A DNA stretch of 64,000 nucleotides, taken from assembly GCA_030264375.1 (NCBI GenBank), contig JASCQW010000137.1, forward strand, positions 33,575,657 to 33,639,656. The letters are read 5' to 3'. Both the position numbers and the translations under genes were made by a program. How positions within the stretch are numbered: the stretch's first letter is position 1; each line of letters begins with the position of its first letter. Below, one piece after another: positions 27,481 through 43,613 of this stretch. The stretch is from Carcharhinus longimanus (taxonomy: Eukaryota). The notes under the pieces were generated by a model that saw nothing but the letters and a program-made list of their open reading frames with translations, was not told the DNA's origin and did not search any database.

Positions 27481-29735
27481 TTATCACCAAGGCCTAGAGC
27501 ACAGTGTTGTAAGATTTAGTAACTGAATACCTGGGCTCCACAAATAGCAGGAGTTTTTCCACCAGGGAAATCGTAACATCAAAAAGAATTTTATTAAGGA
27601 TGAAATCCCTAAATTACCAGCCTCTAAAAGAGGAGTGTTTCGGAATATCAGACTGACACAGCTGATCAAAGACTAATAGGATAGCACCATCAAGCATGTC
27701 CTCTAGTTCACAGAATTTTTCCATCCTGCCTGCCAGGGAAATGTAGTGGGCAAATGTAGTGGACCACACAAACGTTCATTGACTATTTGGGTGGATATTT
27801 CTGGTTTTGGGGCAAGCATGGTTGGGAAATCGCATCCATGGTCCATACAACCTGGTGGGAAATCTGGATTACCCTAAATTGGAAAAAGATTGTAATTTAA
27901 ATTAGTCACCCTGCCAACTTTCAGACGTCCTCCAAGCCTTTTGATAATGAATTTCATATTTGTCAACTTTCAATTTCTCCAGTGTGCTAATTCCACATTT
28001 TAATATTGAAGTTTTTACTTGAAACCACGCTTTGCTTTGCTGTCTGTAAAATGCTATTTAAAAAGGTGAGAATGATTGGTGTATCTTACTTTCCAATCTG
28101 CAAATTCATCAATCTGGCTGCTTACTGTGCTTTGATAACATTACTGCTACTGACACCTGGAGATCCCCTTAACTTGGCACTGGATTCAAACTAGTATCAC
28201 AGGAGGTGAAAGTCACACCATAGAGCCAGCATTATTTGTGGGTAGCTTTCTTCATGCTATACGCTGAAATCAGAGCCAGTATTAGTAACACCTTGCTGCT
28301 GAAATCTCCACCAGTTATTCAGTGGTTCAGAAATAAGATGATTCATCAACAGGTAGGTTCACATTTTAAGATTTATATTTTAATGCATTTTGTTATTTAG
28401 TTCTTTGCATTTATTTTTCAAATCTTCCCCAGTTGGTTTAAAAACTAATTTTAGCACAATATTCTGATCCTGTTGATTTTAGAATCCATTAGCTAAGATC
28501 AAATATTTGATTAAATAAAGCAAACAAATCAAATTTGAACATCAGATGATGCTCCTACTTGTTCATAAGCACATCAAGAAAATCTATAAGAAATGTCAAA
28601 GTCTGAATTTCTATCGCTATTTCTGCTCCTGATTCTCACCGTAAATTGACCATCACTATCACTCTGAATTGATTTTTGGCAGGCAATTAACATGTAAACA
28701 AAGTTCTGATGGTCATATCCTCAGCTAAGCATACTTGGAGAATTTGTCTCTACTTCCACTGAGTCTCAAAGTTCACATTCAGAAGTAATATCCATTGTTT
28801 TGGAAAATAGATTTTTTTCATTGGTGATACTTGTGCTCTATAAACCTCATCCAATATCAAACTGTTGAAAGCCAATTGAAAATGGAATTCAATATCTTAA
28901 CCTCAAAACTAAAAATACTAGGACTAAATGGCGTCACTTTTTTTAAAGCGCACCAAACAACTTTTTCACCTGTAGCTGATTTTGACCATGTTAAGAATTA
29001 ACCAATGTTACAAGTTCATTCAGAAGCTATTTTTCACACTTGTTTAATTTTCAAAAATCCAAATCTAGCATGAAATGTTGTAATCCTGTAAAATGTGGAA
29101 GGGATGTTACATTATCTTTAGATTGTTATACACTTCTGAGTTGTATAGAACTGAAAAGTTGTGCTTTACTGCTCCAGTTGCTGCTTCCAAGTTGTATCTG
29201 ACTGCAGACATGATGAAATATTGTCCACTTTTGAGGAGGTTTAGGATGGAGTTTATATTTCCAAATTACAACATTTTCTTTCCAATATTGTACTGTTTAG
29301 TTAAAGATGCCTTGAATAAGACTGTGGCATCAGTGTAACATTGATTTGTATTACTGCAATTGCTGTAATTGCGATCTGCGTTGACATCAAAGAAAGGAGC
29401 AGACAGTCTTGCTCCACTGCCTTTCAGAGAAGGTTTTGGCCTTGGCACCCAATTTGTGCACTCCACTTTAGGTGCAGATAGAAAACTGCTCTGCTCAACC
29501 ATAAAGCTGTCATTTGGTGGCACTAGATTAATTTATATCACAGCCAGATTACTGGTTAAAGGAGACATAATTGGTTTGTGAAAATCGATCCAAGAACTTA
29601 ATGGGGAAGATTTAAGGCCAGGCAACTCCGAAACCAGGCACTCATCCACAAAAAAAAACCCAGCATGATACTTTGGATGTTTGGAGAAGTTCTTTCCTGA
29701 TTTTCCTTATTTTTCTGATTTGTGTTAATCTCCAG

Positions 29736-29831
29736 CAATGCTGAAAGTGGCTTCATCAGTACTGCAGTTTGGCAATATAGTCTTTAAGAAGGAGAGAAAT
29801 ACAGACCAAGCATCTATGCCAGATAACACTG
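29736..29831 (+). CDS. MYH10: Exon: [31 protein letters not shown]
   Basis: tccag|CA ATG...ACT G|gtaagc; 96 nt. Confidence 0.96.
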
Positions 29832-31780
29832 GTAAGCTATTTAATGAACTTGTAGTGTTGTTTTTAGTTGTCATCTATTCCAATGCAAGTAACTTCGTTA
29901 GTGTTAATGTAAGCCTACTGGTGACACTAATTTAGAAAAAACTTCTTCTTTAAAAATTCAACATTTATACCATTTGCCATTGTTTTAATACACAGACAAA
30001 ATCTTTCATTCAGGCAGATGTAAGTAATTGGCAGGAGGCATGAAGTTGTTGTGGCTAGCCTGTGCACTGTCAAAGACGATATGTAATCTCTTCACACATC
30101 AATCTAAGCTAATGTTCTGAGGTTGATTGTAGTTCCCGTGCTACTGTGCTGGCTGACACAAATAAATTAGTTCAATTTAGGGATTAAACTAATGAGCTTG
30201 GTTCTTTTTTTTTCTTAAGGGAACTTTAGAATATACAAAATCCATTGGTTAGAATAGAATATAAAATACCTGTTGGTTTGTACTTTTTTAATGCAGAAAT
30301 TTGTGAACAGCAACATAATCTAGTTGTGAATTTGAATCAAAATTGGATTCAGCCCAATATCCAGGTAGCACATATTCATTCAATTTCCCCTGGTTTCTGG
30401 AATATCAAATGCGGTCTAGCATTGGTCGTCAGATTTGTCCTTCCTTTTAATTTTAAAATTGAATTCACCACGGACATCTGAAACTGCACCACCACCACCA
30501 CAAGGCACACCCCATCCCTGCAGAGCTCCCTGCTCGTCACACCACCTCCTCCTCCTTACCCCACCGGTCATGCCTGTCTGCCTCTGCCTCTTGGCACACA
30601 GCCCTGGTGCAGTAATTGTGCCTGGTGGGCAGTGCAAGGGTGCCCAGCAAGCCCTGGCCACCCGGGGTATTCAGTGGCCTCTAATTTTCTTCCCCTCCCC
30701 CTCCCACACCCTGGCAAGGCTATCATATCTTGTCCCCATTGGTGGGGACTATACGTGATTCTCACTGGTGAGGTGGTATAGGTAAGTGAGCCTGGACAAT
30801 TATGTCCAGCACTTGTCATTAATATTTAAACTTGACATCGTGTTCAGAAGTGCCAGTAAGATCAGGGAGGCCAAAAAAAACAGGGTAGAACCTGGCTTTT
30901 TTTTTGGCCTCCAGCCTGAAGTTACCAGTTCGCCTCACCAAAAATCAGGCAATGATGTTGCAAGATCATGGCCTTAGTTATTTTGGGGGGAGAATTCTGC
31001 CCAGAGTTGGCAGTTCTGGATATTTGAGCTGCTTTCATGTTGTGGCCCCCAATTTGAAGTTTGTTTACTTCCAGTAGTTTGTCCTCTATATCTAAAATAA
31101 TGGAACAAATCAGGTTATAGCTTCCTGGCTCCCCAGTGTGACACGAGGGAGTACCTCAAAGATGCATAGGGGAAAATCCCTTTCTGAACTTCCTAGGTAA
31201 GGGCTTACCTGGTTGTTCCAGAAGCACTAACTTCCACTGGACAATTGCTCTGGACTGGGAACCACAAATCATACTTAACTTCAGACGGTATTGCACTCTT
31301 AGTTACTGTAAAGTTAAAAGGAAAAACAGAACTTCTTGAGTAACTATTTCCTAGACAATATACCCTTCACTGATGTCTGGACCCCTCTTACAGTAGCTTG
31401 TGCCATAAAAAGGGATGTGACCTTCTCTGCTCCACTCCACTCCTAGTGCACTTCCAGGCTGGAGCCTGGGCACACTTCACTACTTCAATCTCACCCAGCC
31501 TGAGTCAGGAAGTTCGGGTGAGACAGGCGTTGTACAAATTGAGCACAGCTAAATTGGTATGGAGTGGCAATCTGCCACTGATTGCAACTTCCACAGAATA
31601 GCAGGTTATTAAGTCATTCATTCAGTCATCAATTGCACAATCGTACAGCACACTGGAGTATGCAAATGCTGCATAAAATTGTACATTGTGTATTTTTACT
31701 GCATGTCTGTTTGAAAAGGGATTTGTATTTTGACTTGCATGAAGTGCAATGAAACCACTTGTTTAAACAATGTTCACTAA

Positions 31781-32241
<461 letters not shown>

Positions 32242-32928
32242 TAATTAGTCTTCAGATGGAGGCAATCCACTTGATTTAGCTATCAGCTCAAATGGCTGGT
32301 AAGAAAGGTAGTAATTGGTCATGGTATGGGGGAGGGAGGGGATGGTGGTAACTCTAGCAATGGTTATTTGGACCTAGGTTGAGAGCAATATTTCTTGGAA
32401 ACTCTGTACACCCATGACCATTAGCAACCTTGAAGATACAGTGCAGGCAGCTCCTGAACTGTCCCATTCAAGATTACCCATGTGCGCATGAGTCGGCAAA
32501 TAGTGTACAGAGAAGAGAATTGGTTGATTGGAGTTCCAGCCCTAGAAGCAGGAAATGGTTGAGTTGGAAAGGAGGGGGAGGGAGGGGAATTTGTGACAGG
32601 AGGAGAGAATGAAAAATAGTTCAAAACTGATAAAAACCGTCGCCAAAATTCAATTGTTTCTTTTGGAATTAATTTTCCACATGACTGGTTTCAGCTAGCC
32701 AGTGAATGAAGCTATATGAATAACATGGTCCAGTAAGCACAATAGTGTCAGAGTTTTACTGAGATCCCTCAATCCACAATCTTTGACATTTCGGTCTACA
32801 TCCTTTAATACAACTCTCTCGGTTTCCAACTTATTTATTTGCATAAGATTTTTTAAGTATTGTTTCTAATTAATATGAAATGTTCTCACCAATTTTTATT
32901 GTGCAGGTTCCATAGTCTGATTTAGTGA

Positions 32929-33159
<231 letters not shown>

Positions 33160-33554
33160 TAACAATTTACTAACAGGTGTCAGCACTTTGCAACATGTTG
33201 GCTTTGATGTAACAACTTGCATTTAAATTAGCCTTGAAATAAAATACTGCAGACTGCTTCACATGGAATAACTGGATTGAATGATGGGCCTGAGGGGGAT
33301 GTCCAACGGGTTAGGTAGGAAAAAAAGATGCAGGACATTTTAATGGCTGAGAGTAAGCATAAGGAGGAATTTCCAAACAATAAGACCCAGGCAATGGGCA
33401 AGAAGCTGGAGTCTGATGTCCATAATTTGGGAGTTTGTGTATCCCTCCTTCCCCTGCCCCACTTATTAAAAAAAAAAATCTGTAAATAGTGCTTCCATAT
33501 AACACGTTCCTTTTTCTAAGACGATTTCAAGCTATTGCATCTCTCTTGCAGCAA

Positions 33555-33850
33555 AATGGCATGATGGTTAGCACTGCTGCCTCAAGCACCAGGGAGCTGG
33601 GTTTGATTCCCAGCTTGGGTGACTAATTGTGTAGATTTTGTGCATTCTCCCTGTATCCACGTGGGTCTCCTCTGGGTGCTCCAGTTTCCTCCCACACTCC
33701 AGAGATGTGTGGATTAGGTTGATTGGCTATGCTAAATTGCCCAGTAATGTTGGGGGACTAGTAGGGTACATATGAGGATAGAGCCTGGGTGAGTTTGTTT
33801 GGGCAGGATCAGTGGTGCGAATGGCAGCCTCCTGTACCGTAGGGATTCTA
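33555..33850 (+). mobile_element. HE1-like SINE, near full length
   Basis: tggttagcactgctgcctca (A box), gggtttgattccc (B box), core, CR1-like tail. Confidence 0.85.
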
Positions 33851-34151
33851 AGAACCACCTTTGAACTAAATAAGACTAGTCTTGTTTAGTTCATTTGTTG
33901 CAATCACAGCTCACTTTTTGACATTGCATCTATTCGTGAATGCTCCCAGGATATGGTACTCCATTTTTAAGACCATAGTTGTAGGAAAATTCCCCCTTGT
34001 TTCCAATTCTGCAGTAGATTTTGGAGGCATGTGCAGACTAGAAAGTTCAAAGTGCTTCAAAAAATGAGCATCCACAGAGTCAGTGGAAAACAATGTTTGG
34101 CACAAGTTGAAGTATCAACAGATTAATCGATTTGAGACTTTTTGGACATGA

Positions 34152-34391
<240 letters not shown>

Positions 34392-35019
34392 TGAAACAGA
34401 CCTTTATAACTTTTCTTTTGTTTCACCACTTTTTTAAAAAAGCATATTGGTTTACATAGCTTCAAGCCAATCTATATAGTTATTTAAACTGATGGTTTCT
34501 TAAATGTCCTAAGGTCCTTGGCCTTGACAGCAACTTGATCATCTTCAAGGATCAACCGAGTCTTGGCACATTCTATTTTGAACAATTGTCGTAGAGAAAT
34601 AAACAGTTGTTCACTTTCCTTTGGATAAGAGAAGCATTTTTTTAAAAATCTATTTTGTTCCCACCTGGCTCCGACCAATGATGATGGAAATTTTAAGTTC
34701 TTTAAGGCTCTAGTCATTCAGTCATTATTTGCCAGGAATTGCTTTATAGTTTCTGAACTAATCTGTAGATCATTGTTCTATTTATCATACACAAAATATA
34801 TGGGCCTTAGTTTTTCCAAATCTGTATGAGTGATGAGATGAGACGGTGAAGTGTAATGCATCCAACTTCGATGGCGATACGAAGCTGGGTGGGAAAATAA
34901 ATGGTGAGGAAGTAGGGAAGATGCATCGTAAGAACTCGCCAATGGTCCTTGGGCTGCACCTTCCAAACCCACGGCTGCTACCATCCAGAAGGACAAGAGG
35001 AACTGCTTTCTGGGAATGC

Positions 35020-35275
35020 CATCTCCTGAAGGTTTCCCTCCAAGCCACTCCACCATCCTTACTTGGAAATATATCGCCATTCCTCCACTGTCATGGGGTC
35101 AAAATCTGAAACTGCCTCGCTAACAGCACAGTGTGTACTTGCAGCTCCAGGACTGCAGTGGTTCAAAAAGGCAGTTCACCACCATCTTCTGAAGGATAAT
35201 TAGGNNNNNNNNNNAGGGGGCAATAAATTCTGGCCTAGCCAGCAATGCCCACGTCTAAGTGAATTTATAAAAAAA
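35020..35275 (+). mobile_element. LINE 3' end sharing its tail with the second SINE family
   Basis: acttggaaatatatcgcc...ggttcaaaaaggcagttcaccacc...gggcaataaattctggcctagccagc. Confidence 0.65.
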
Positions 35276-35334
35276 AATACACCTTAAGTGAAAGGGCAAG
35301 AACATGGAAGAAGGAATTTTCCAGGCTACAGATG

Positions 35335-35532
35335 CTCATACTCCCAGAGCACCATAACCTGCTGTCTCTTTTGAGAAGGAGCTGACTGATGATGATTTAA
35401 CCTGAGACTTGCTCCTCAGACAAGGGGCCAGGTTGAGAAGGTGGAGCTTTGTGAATAACCTCAGGCGGTATTGAAATTGAACCCACACTGTCAGCATCGT
35501 TTTGCGACACAAATCAGCTGTCCAGCTAACGG
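35335..35532 (-). mobile_element. tRNA-derived SINE fragment
   Basis: Reverse B box gaaattgaaccc near 35473 and reverse head ...gtccagctaac. Confidence 0.45.
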
Positions 35533-37267
35533 TAAAGATCAAGATTTCTAGAAGCTCGAGATCTAGGAAAATGGAATTGAAGTAGATCAGCTTTGCTCTT
35601 GATGAATGGGAGATTAGGCTCTGATCTGAATGGCCAGATGTGGCCCTGTTTCCTATCGTCTGTGTGCTATCTTTTTATCTGGGAAACTACTGACCCTTTA
35701 ATCAGGAATCTTCGCTTAAAGAAGACCAGTCCTTGTTGAAAAAGTTTACCCTGAAGGATTTTGGAAGTGAAGAATATATTTTTAATTATTACACAAGTCA
35801 GCAAGTGAAAATAAAGCAAAACCTTGAGCACAGCATTAAACCTAACCCTGTGTATGTATGTACATCGGGTAACTTGTGGTTACCATTCCTGTCCTCGGTT
35901 ACTGTTCCTGCCTCGTTACTGAGCTAACCTTGCCTAATGTCCAGGCATTGTAAACAAAAGTCATCCTTTTGACAGAGTTTGGAGGCATTCTGTCTTGTTT
36001 GTCATTCTGTTTTGTGGTTTGAAATGAAGGCACCAGTGACAAATCTTGAAAGCTTTTGCTTAAGAATTTTATTATGCAATGTTAGAAGCAATTGATGAGG
36101 GGCTATAGCACAGGCACTGGAAAGCTGCTATTAAATCACCTGTTTGCTCAGTCTGATTTGGCCATCATGAATGGGATACGTTATTAAATAAATTTCCTTG
36201 TTTCATTCTCTGTCAAGCTACGCAAGATGTATTCATTTTCTGTGTCTGTGGAGTTACACATTGCTATTTTGTGAATACGTCTTGGTGATAGAGATCTTTA
36301 ATGCAATTTCTGTTTAGTGTCTGTTGACTTAAGAGTCTAACTGTGGGCATTAAGACAAATGGAATGCTTACTTTCAGAGCCATCAGTGTGTAGATTGCTG
36401 TCATTAGTTTCATGACAAATGGTCAAAGGTTTTTGCCTTGAGAAAAGACACACCATTGGAAGTCGAATGCCCGCTTTTTACATGCAGTTCGAAGTAGAAA
36501 GTTTGTGTTAAGAAAATTGTTAGAGGTTTCCAAGAATCCTTTTGAAAGAAGTTGAAACGTTTTCTTTGATTACTTTTATTTGATCAGATTTCATTTTGCA
36601 TCTTTAAAAACAAAACTTTTTTTATGCAAAGTGCTCACTTCCTGCATGTTACATTTGTGATGACTTTAATCAGATAATTGAGGTTGGCCTGCTTGAGTAG
36701 GATATCCTAACTGGGCCAATCAGGGAGTCCCATGTCCTGTATTTAAACTGTATTTGTCAGTCCCTCTGCAGTCCTGATGCAGACAGCACTCTATGGTATA
36801 GTGGGATATTGCAAATAAAGGAACTTTGACAGGATTTTCGCTTCTGTGGATTATTATACATTAGTTCCAAAACCTTTTCTGTGCTACACTGCATTAATAA
36901 TGCCATGGTTATTACGAAGATGTATCCTCTAGTCACGGGGTGTGCTTATAATCTGTGACATTGTAATACCTTTGTCGTTTGGCCTGGCACTGCTTTCTGT
37001 AAGCAAATCTGAAGAAACTTTAGTCCGTGTGTCATGATCCAGCAGCGTGTGACTGAGCCACATTTTTGAAGAACCAGGAAAACGTTCTGGCCCTGACAAA
37101 AGTTACGTACCATGATGTGGGTCAATTATCAAGTTGGATATGATGGAATGTAAAGGTGTTTGTTTCTACCGGAATATTTTGTTTTGGGGATGGGGAGGGG
37201 GCAGAAATAGGAAGTATTGTGGGGTAGAGTCAACTGTACTTGGAATGTATTTATACTGAAGTTTAAA

Positions 37268-37636
37268 AAATTGCATTTATGTAGCACCTTTTCACAACCA
37301 CCAGACGTCTCCACATCCTTTTTGCAGCTAATTAAATACGTGTGGAGTTTAGTCCTTATTCTAGTGTAGGAAACAAGGCAGCCTGTATGTGCACAGCAAG
37401 ATCCCACAAACAGACGTGATAGTGACAAGCTAATCTGTTTTTGTAATGTTGATTGAGGATGAATATTAGCCAAATCACCTGGGATAAATGCTATGCTCTT
37501 TGAAAGAATTGTGGGTTCTTTTTCCTCTGCATCTGTGGAGGCAGGGCCTTGTTTCAGCCAAATGTAGGCTTCTCTAACAGCTCCCTCAGTACTGCACTGT
37601 CATGTCAGCCGTGTGCAAGTTCTGCAGTGGTCCTGG
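37268..37636 (-). mobile_element. DeuSINE (SacSINE1/AmnSINE1-like) 3' portion
   Basis: tgtgcacagcaagatcccacaaacag (reverse Deu-domain core) and ttgcatttatgtagcacctt L2-type tail. Confidence 0.7.
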
Positions 37637-38379
37637 NNNNNNNNNNNNNNNNNNNNNNNNNNNNNNNNNNNNNNNNNNNNNNNNNNNNNNNNNNNNNNNN
37701 NNNNNNNNNNNNNNNNNNNNNNNNNNNNNNNNNNNNNNNNNNNNNNNNNNNNNNNNNNNNNNNNNNNNNNNNNNNNNNNNNNNNNNNNNNNNNNNNNNNN
37801 NNNNNNNNNNNNNNNNNNNNNNNNNNNNNNNNNNNNAAGGGCTGAAGAAATTAGAAACTTAAACATGACCTGATTTATAATCTAGTATTAGACCGTGATC
37901 ATGGCTCTTATCCTTTGGCGGCAGGGGGTGGGGCGTACTGGGGACTGGGACTGGTTGTGGTGCTCCGACGACTAAATGGGGTTGAGCTTGATTATGGCAT
38001 GGTCCAAAGGACCAAACTTCCTACCAAAGCTCAAGTCAAAATTAGCTATGCATATATCTGCAGTAGTTTGCACCAAAAAGAGGGGAAAAATTTCCACTCG
38101 AACTCCAGTATTCATTGGAAGAACGGTATGTAGTATATTGTGATGATCATTAATTAGAGTTCAAACGTACTCTTTAATTTTTATTTGGAAACTCTTGCAT
38201 TCTGTCTTATCAGAATTGTTAATGTAGTTGATGTATAAGATACAACTGAATTGCAGATGAAAGTGTGTGTATCTGATGTGTGGTCACCTTATTGATTGCT
38301 GTAGAAACGTGCATGATATTGTGTTTTTAAACATGCTGCAAGTACTCCCAGGTAACCTTTAAACCTTCAATATTATTAG

Positions 38380-38499
<120 letters not shown>

Positions 38500-39881
38500 T
38501 AAATTACATTTTATTGTTGCGTTTTGCAAAAATAGTGAGCTTGCTCAGTGACAGTGAAGAGCTGTTGAAACGTATAACTTTAGTTTCAGCAACATTGTCA
38601 GTAATTTCAGGGTCCCAAGCTGCTTATAATTTTTAGAAAATGTAAATATCCCTTGATTTCCAGTTACTGCACTCTTTGGATTTTAAGTACAGAGAACATT
38701 TTTGAGAAACCACCTTCTACATAAAAGATGTTATGTAAATGAAGTTTTGTTTCTATATGAATTACTTTCCTGACTGGGGAATAACAGTCTGAATAACGTC
38801 TCTTGGGATGAGGGAGCAGGAGCAGAGCAATAATGGCCACAGTTTATCAGTTCTACTAAGGCTGTCAGTGTGGCTTGGTTCCTGTTTGGTACCTGTGGCA
38901 TTTCACTAATTTATCCAAAATCATAGCTGAGCTGAATAATCAAACTACTAATACTTTACACAATGATCCACATTCTGAGTGGAGGGAAACTGCCTTTAAT
39001 TCCCGTTGTGTATCAATATTTTGGATGAAAAGCTAGAAGAAGCATTGCCCAAATTTTCAAGCGATCCCAAATTGAGGCATTCTGAGCAGAAAAGAACTTT
39101 TGAGGCGATATTGACTATAGTGAAATATCCAAAAGAAATGCCAAATGATATTGAGCAGTTGAAAATACATGATGGTATATTTTGATTCAAACAGTGGATT
39201 GTTTCCATGTTATGTCTGTCTCCCCATCCCAATTCCATTTGTTTGAGCAAAGTTGCACTTTTATTTACACATCCTCACCTTTTTCATCTCTCTATATAAA
39301 TTGTATATGTGATTGTTAAGTATTTTTAAGCAAACTAGGTGTGTGATTGAATCTCTCTATTTTTGGAGAGTCTTTGGTGTTAGGTTAAAAACAGCCCTGT
39401 AGGTTGTCCTTAATGCAACTTCAAAATTTTGCTAATGTATTGAATTTTTATACAGTAATAACCAAAACCCATTTTGAGTGCTAAGCTTCCAACTTTTTCT
39501 TGGCGTTTTGTAGTAACCCTTCACCATTTTATGGTTTGATTTTTATCAGTTGGACATCAAAATGGTGTATAATGCTACATTTAACATTCTTAATATTGAA
39601 GAATGACTTTTGCATGTTTGGAGAAGAACATGGGAAAGGGAAGGGTGGCCTTTACTCATTAATGTGTGCAACAAATATGTTAGTTCTGTGTCTTTGGACA
39701 AACCCTTTTAGAGATTACAGCAGTTTCATAACATGATGTGGTACAGCTGAATTATTGTATGCATCATTGTATGATCACTAAATTTCACTTTGGGTTAGTG
39801 CTGCAGCTTGTTTACCTTGAGTTACAAAAGCAATATCCCTTATTTTGTTACTGCAATTCATGCAGTCAAGTTGCAGAGTGA

Positions 39882-40163
<282 letters not shown>

Positions 40164-41358
40164 TAATGCAAGATTTGAGTAAAAGCTCGTTATGAAATTA
40201 TGCAGCTGCTTTGTGTTACTTCAACAGTTTACACATTCTTAAGTTTGCCTTGTAATTTTGTCTAATTACTTAAATTTTACCTAATGTATTCCATTTCAGA
40301 TGTTCATATCTGTTGCTTGTACCAAACTGCAAAGTGGCAATTTTGTAAGGATTTGTAAAGCTTATTTCTACATTGAGGCAAATAGCCTATTCTATAACTT
40401 AATTGAAATTTGGGGGCTGGATGCTGTTATAGGGCAATGTTTTATTAATCTTCACTTTTAGTGACATTTCTCAGCACTGGGTGTATGCATACATAGATCA
40501 TAGGGAGGATAGCATGCAATCTACAAATTTAGCTTAATGTATTTGTAGTGTCAGGTTGTGGGGCATTTTGATGCATGGAAATGGTTACATCTCCTCTACC
40601 TCATTTCATGCCTTTGACTTCACTGGCCAAGATAAAGTATTCATTTGTGGTGTTGTTTTGGCCTCAGTCCTACTTTCATGAGCGAGTCCTTGAGGCCGTC
40701 ATTGTGGGGAGTCAACATGTTAATCCGTTAGTAAAGTTGTGGAAAGATTCTGTGCAAAGAGATGCTACATTTTATTCCCGCCCCATGCCCAAACAATGTG
40801 GTATTTTAGTACAGTTCAAAGACTTGGAAACGTGGAGGACTCATTGAAGTAATTAGCAGCAACATTTGAGGCTCGACTGAGACTTTTCATCCTGTAAAGT
40901 ATGATTTTAAATTGTGTCTAATTTTAAGATGCAGGGAAATCTTTTGAAATTAGTAACATATCGAGACAATCAACTTGGTGTTTGCTTTTGTTTAATCTCG
41001 GAACTATCAGCAAATATAAAGGATCCTGATCCAAGTTTTTAAAGCTTTGAGCTCCCATTCTGAAGTTGAAGCAAACTTTGTTTACAATTGAAACTAAAAT
41101 GTATGTTTTAGTTTTTTGGCCATTCTAATTTTGATGCAAGTTTGTCTTACCTTCTGTTTTTAAAACGTGTAGGTGCTATTTCTTTTAAAATATCTTCACT
41201 TTATTCCTAAAAAAAAAACCTTTTGGTTTAATGTTTCATGCTGCTCTTCCTCTTAAGAAAATGTCATCTTGAATATGAGCTTCTTTACTGGCTTCTGTCA
41301 TCTATCTTGATATGATGCCCCCAGTACAGGAAATGTGACTTGCAGTTTGAGCATTTAA

Positions 41359-41541
<183 letters not shown>

Positions 41542-42399
41542 TAGTGTTAAAAGCTTTTGCTCACATAAATGTTTCTTTATAAGTGCGTGCTCCACATGTT
41601 TTTATGGAATTCTGCATGTAGTATCCAGTTGCAGTGAGGATAAACTAAGGAATTAACAGCTGAACTTGATTAATACTATGTTTTTTTTTAAGTTTTGTAA
41701 TCTCAGCAGATTCAGAGCATACGTGTAACTGTCAGTTATAAGGGTCATTTTGTTGTTTAATTAAAGGGTGATTCTTCATCTTAAGTTAAATTATTCTAAA
41801 TTTCTCCAATATGCTGCCGCCTTCTGCATTGCGATCGATCTTTTGGCAGAATTGGCTTCATAAATGTCCATCATATTTCTGTATTTTTATATCTTGTATG
41901 ATAGGCAAGGATTGAGCTTGGAAAAGCAAATTACTATAAGGTTAAGAAATTGAGTGAAGTTGTATTTGTAGTTACTGCTGGTTGAAGTATGAATGGGGAT
42001 ATGGCTCGGTGCATATGTCAGGACCTAGTAAATCAATCCAGTTTGATTCTAAGCCAACTCATTTGGATCAGTCAAATCAATAGTCTATCAAAGTAGGAAA
42101 AAAACACATTTTGGCTCCTGTAGAGAGCATGGAATTGATGTCTATATGTAGTAGAAAGTCATTGTACAGCATAATGAGCTTTGAAGAACTGCAGTCCCTA
42201 ATTTTGTTTTTTTTTGATGCAATGTAATTTTCTTTGAAATTGAAGTGGAAAACCCCTGCATAAATACTTCTGGACTTTGGTTGCAACGTGCATAAATTAG
42301 TTGTGAATGCAAAAGTTATTCTGATTAAAGCCAAAGCTGTCCAGTTAAAACAAGTGTGTGTGCAACTGTCAGCCTGAATTCTCCAAATGTGGGTGTGGA

Positions 42400-43400
42400 A
42401 TGGGGAAATGTTCTGTACCCAGGTTCCATCCTGCTCCATGGCAACTGGCTGAGGCTGGATCAAGCTGTGTGACTTGGTGACATATTTAATTCCTGATGAG
42501 TTTAGAATCTCAAATCTGTGCCATCATTAGACTGCCTATTTTCAGCTTGTCTGCTATTGAAACCCTCATCCATTTATCATAGAATCACTACAGTGCAGGA
42601 GGAGGCCATTTGGCCCATCAAGATGCACCAACCACAATCCCACCCAGGCCCTATTCCCAAACCCCCCTCATTTACCCTGCTAATCCCCTGACACTAGGGT
42701 CAATGTAGCATGGCCAATCAACTAACCCGCATGTCTTTGCACTATGAGGGGAAACCAGAGCACCTGAAGAAAATCCACGTGCACATGGAGAATGTCTGTG
42801 GAGTTTGCACTGTGACTTAAGACCAGAATTGAACCCGAATCCTTGTTATTGTGAGGCAGCTGTGCTAACCACTATGCCATCATGCCACCCCTGATCTTGC
42901 CTAATGCAACACATGCTTAACTGCCTCCTGAGCGCTATCCTCCCTGAACTTGAGGTAATTGAAAACCATCCTAATACTTGTACCATGTCGTCTTCACCCA
43001 TCAGTCCTGTACTCACTGTTCTATTTGGCTCCCAGTTGATAACACATCAATTGAAACTGTTTTCATCCTTGTTTTGGATCCCTCCATGGACTTTCCCTGT
43101 CTCTGTAATCTCCTCCTGTCCTGAGATATCTGCGCTCCATTGATTTCTGACCACCTGAGCATCCCAGTTTCTAATAACTGCACCATTGGTGACCATGTCT
43201 TCAGCTGCTAAGGCCTGAAGCATTGGAATTCCTGCTCTAAGCCTCCCTGCCTGTCGTCTTTTTGTTTTAAGAAGTTTCTTTAAAACCTACCTGACTAACC
43301 CTATACCCTGATATGTGATGGGTTATTAGCTAAAACTTAATACCAATCTGAGTGCCTTGGGCAATTTTAACTATGTTTAAGGTGTTAAATAAATGTTGAA
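42400..43400 (+). mobile_element. L2-like LINE fragment split by an HE1 insertion
   Basis: gctattgaaaccctcatccat at 42552, resuming after 42890. Confidence 0.55.
42575..42890 (-). mobile_element. HE1-like SINE, near full length
   Basis: atagaatcactacagtgcagga tail to gtgctaaccactatgcc head. Confidence 0.85.
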
Positions 43401-43478
43401 GTGAAGAAAATGGTTTTTAAATATGAGGGTGTTGAAAAGATGTTCAGAGGTTGATTCTGGAAGTTAATTATTTTCTAA

Positions 43479-43613
<135 letters not shown>

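Noticed and set aside
33555-33640. tRNA genes at A/B-box motifs
   Set aside because: These are SINE heads followed by SINE core and tail; no complete cloverleaf seen.
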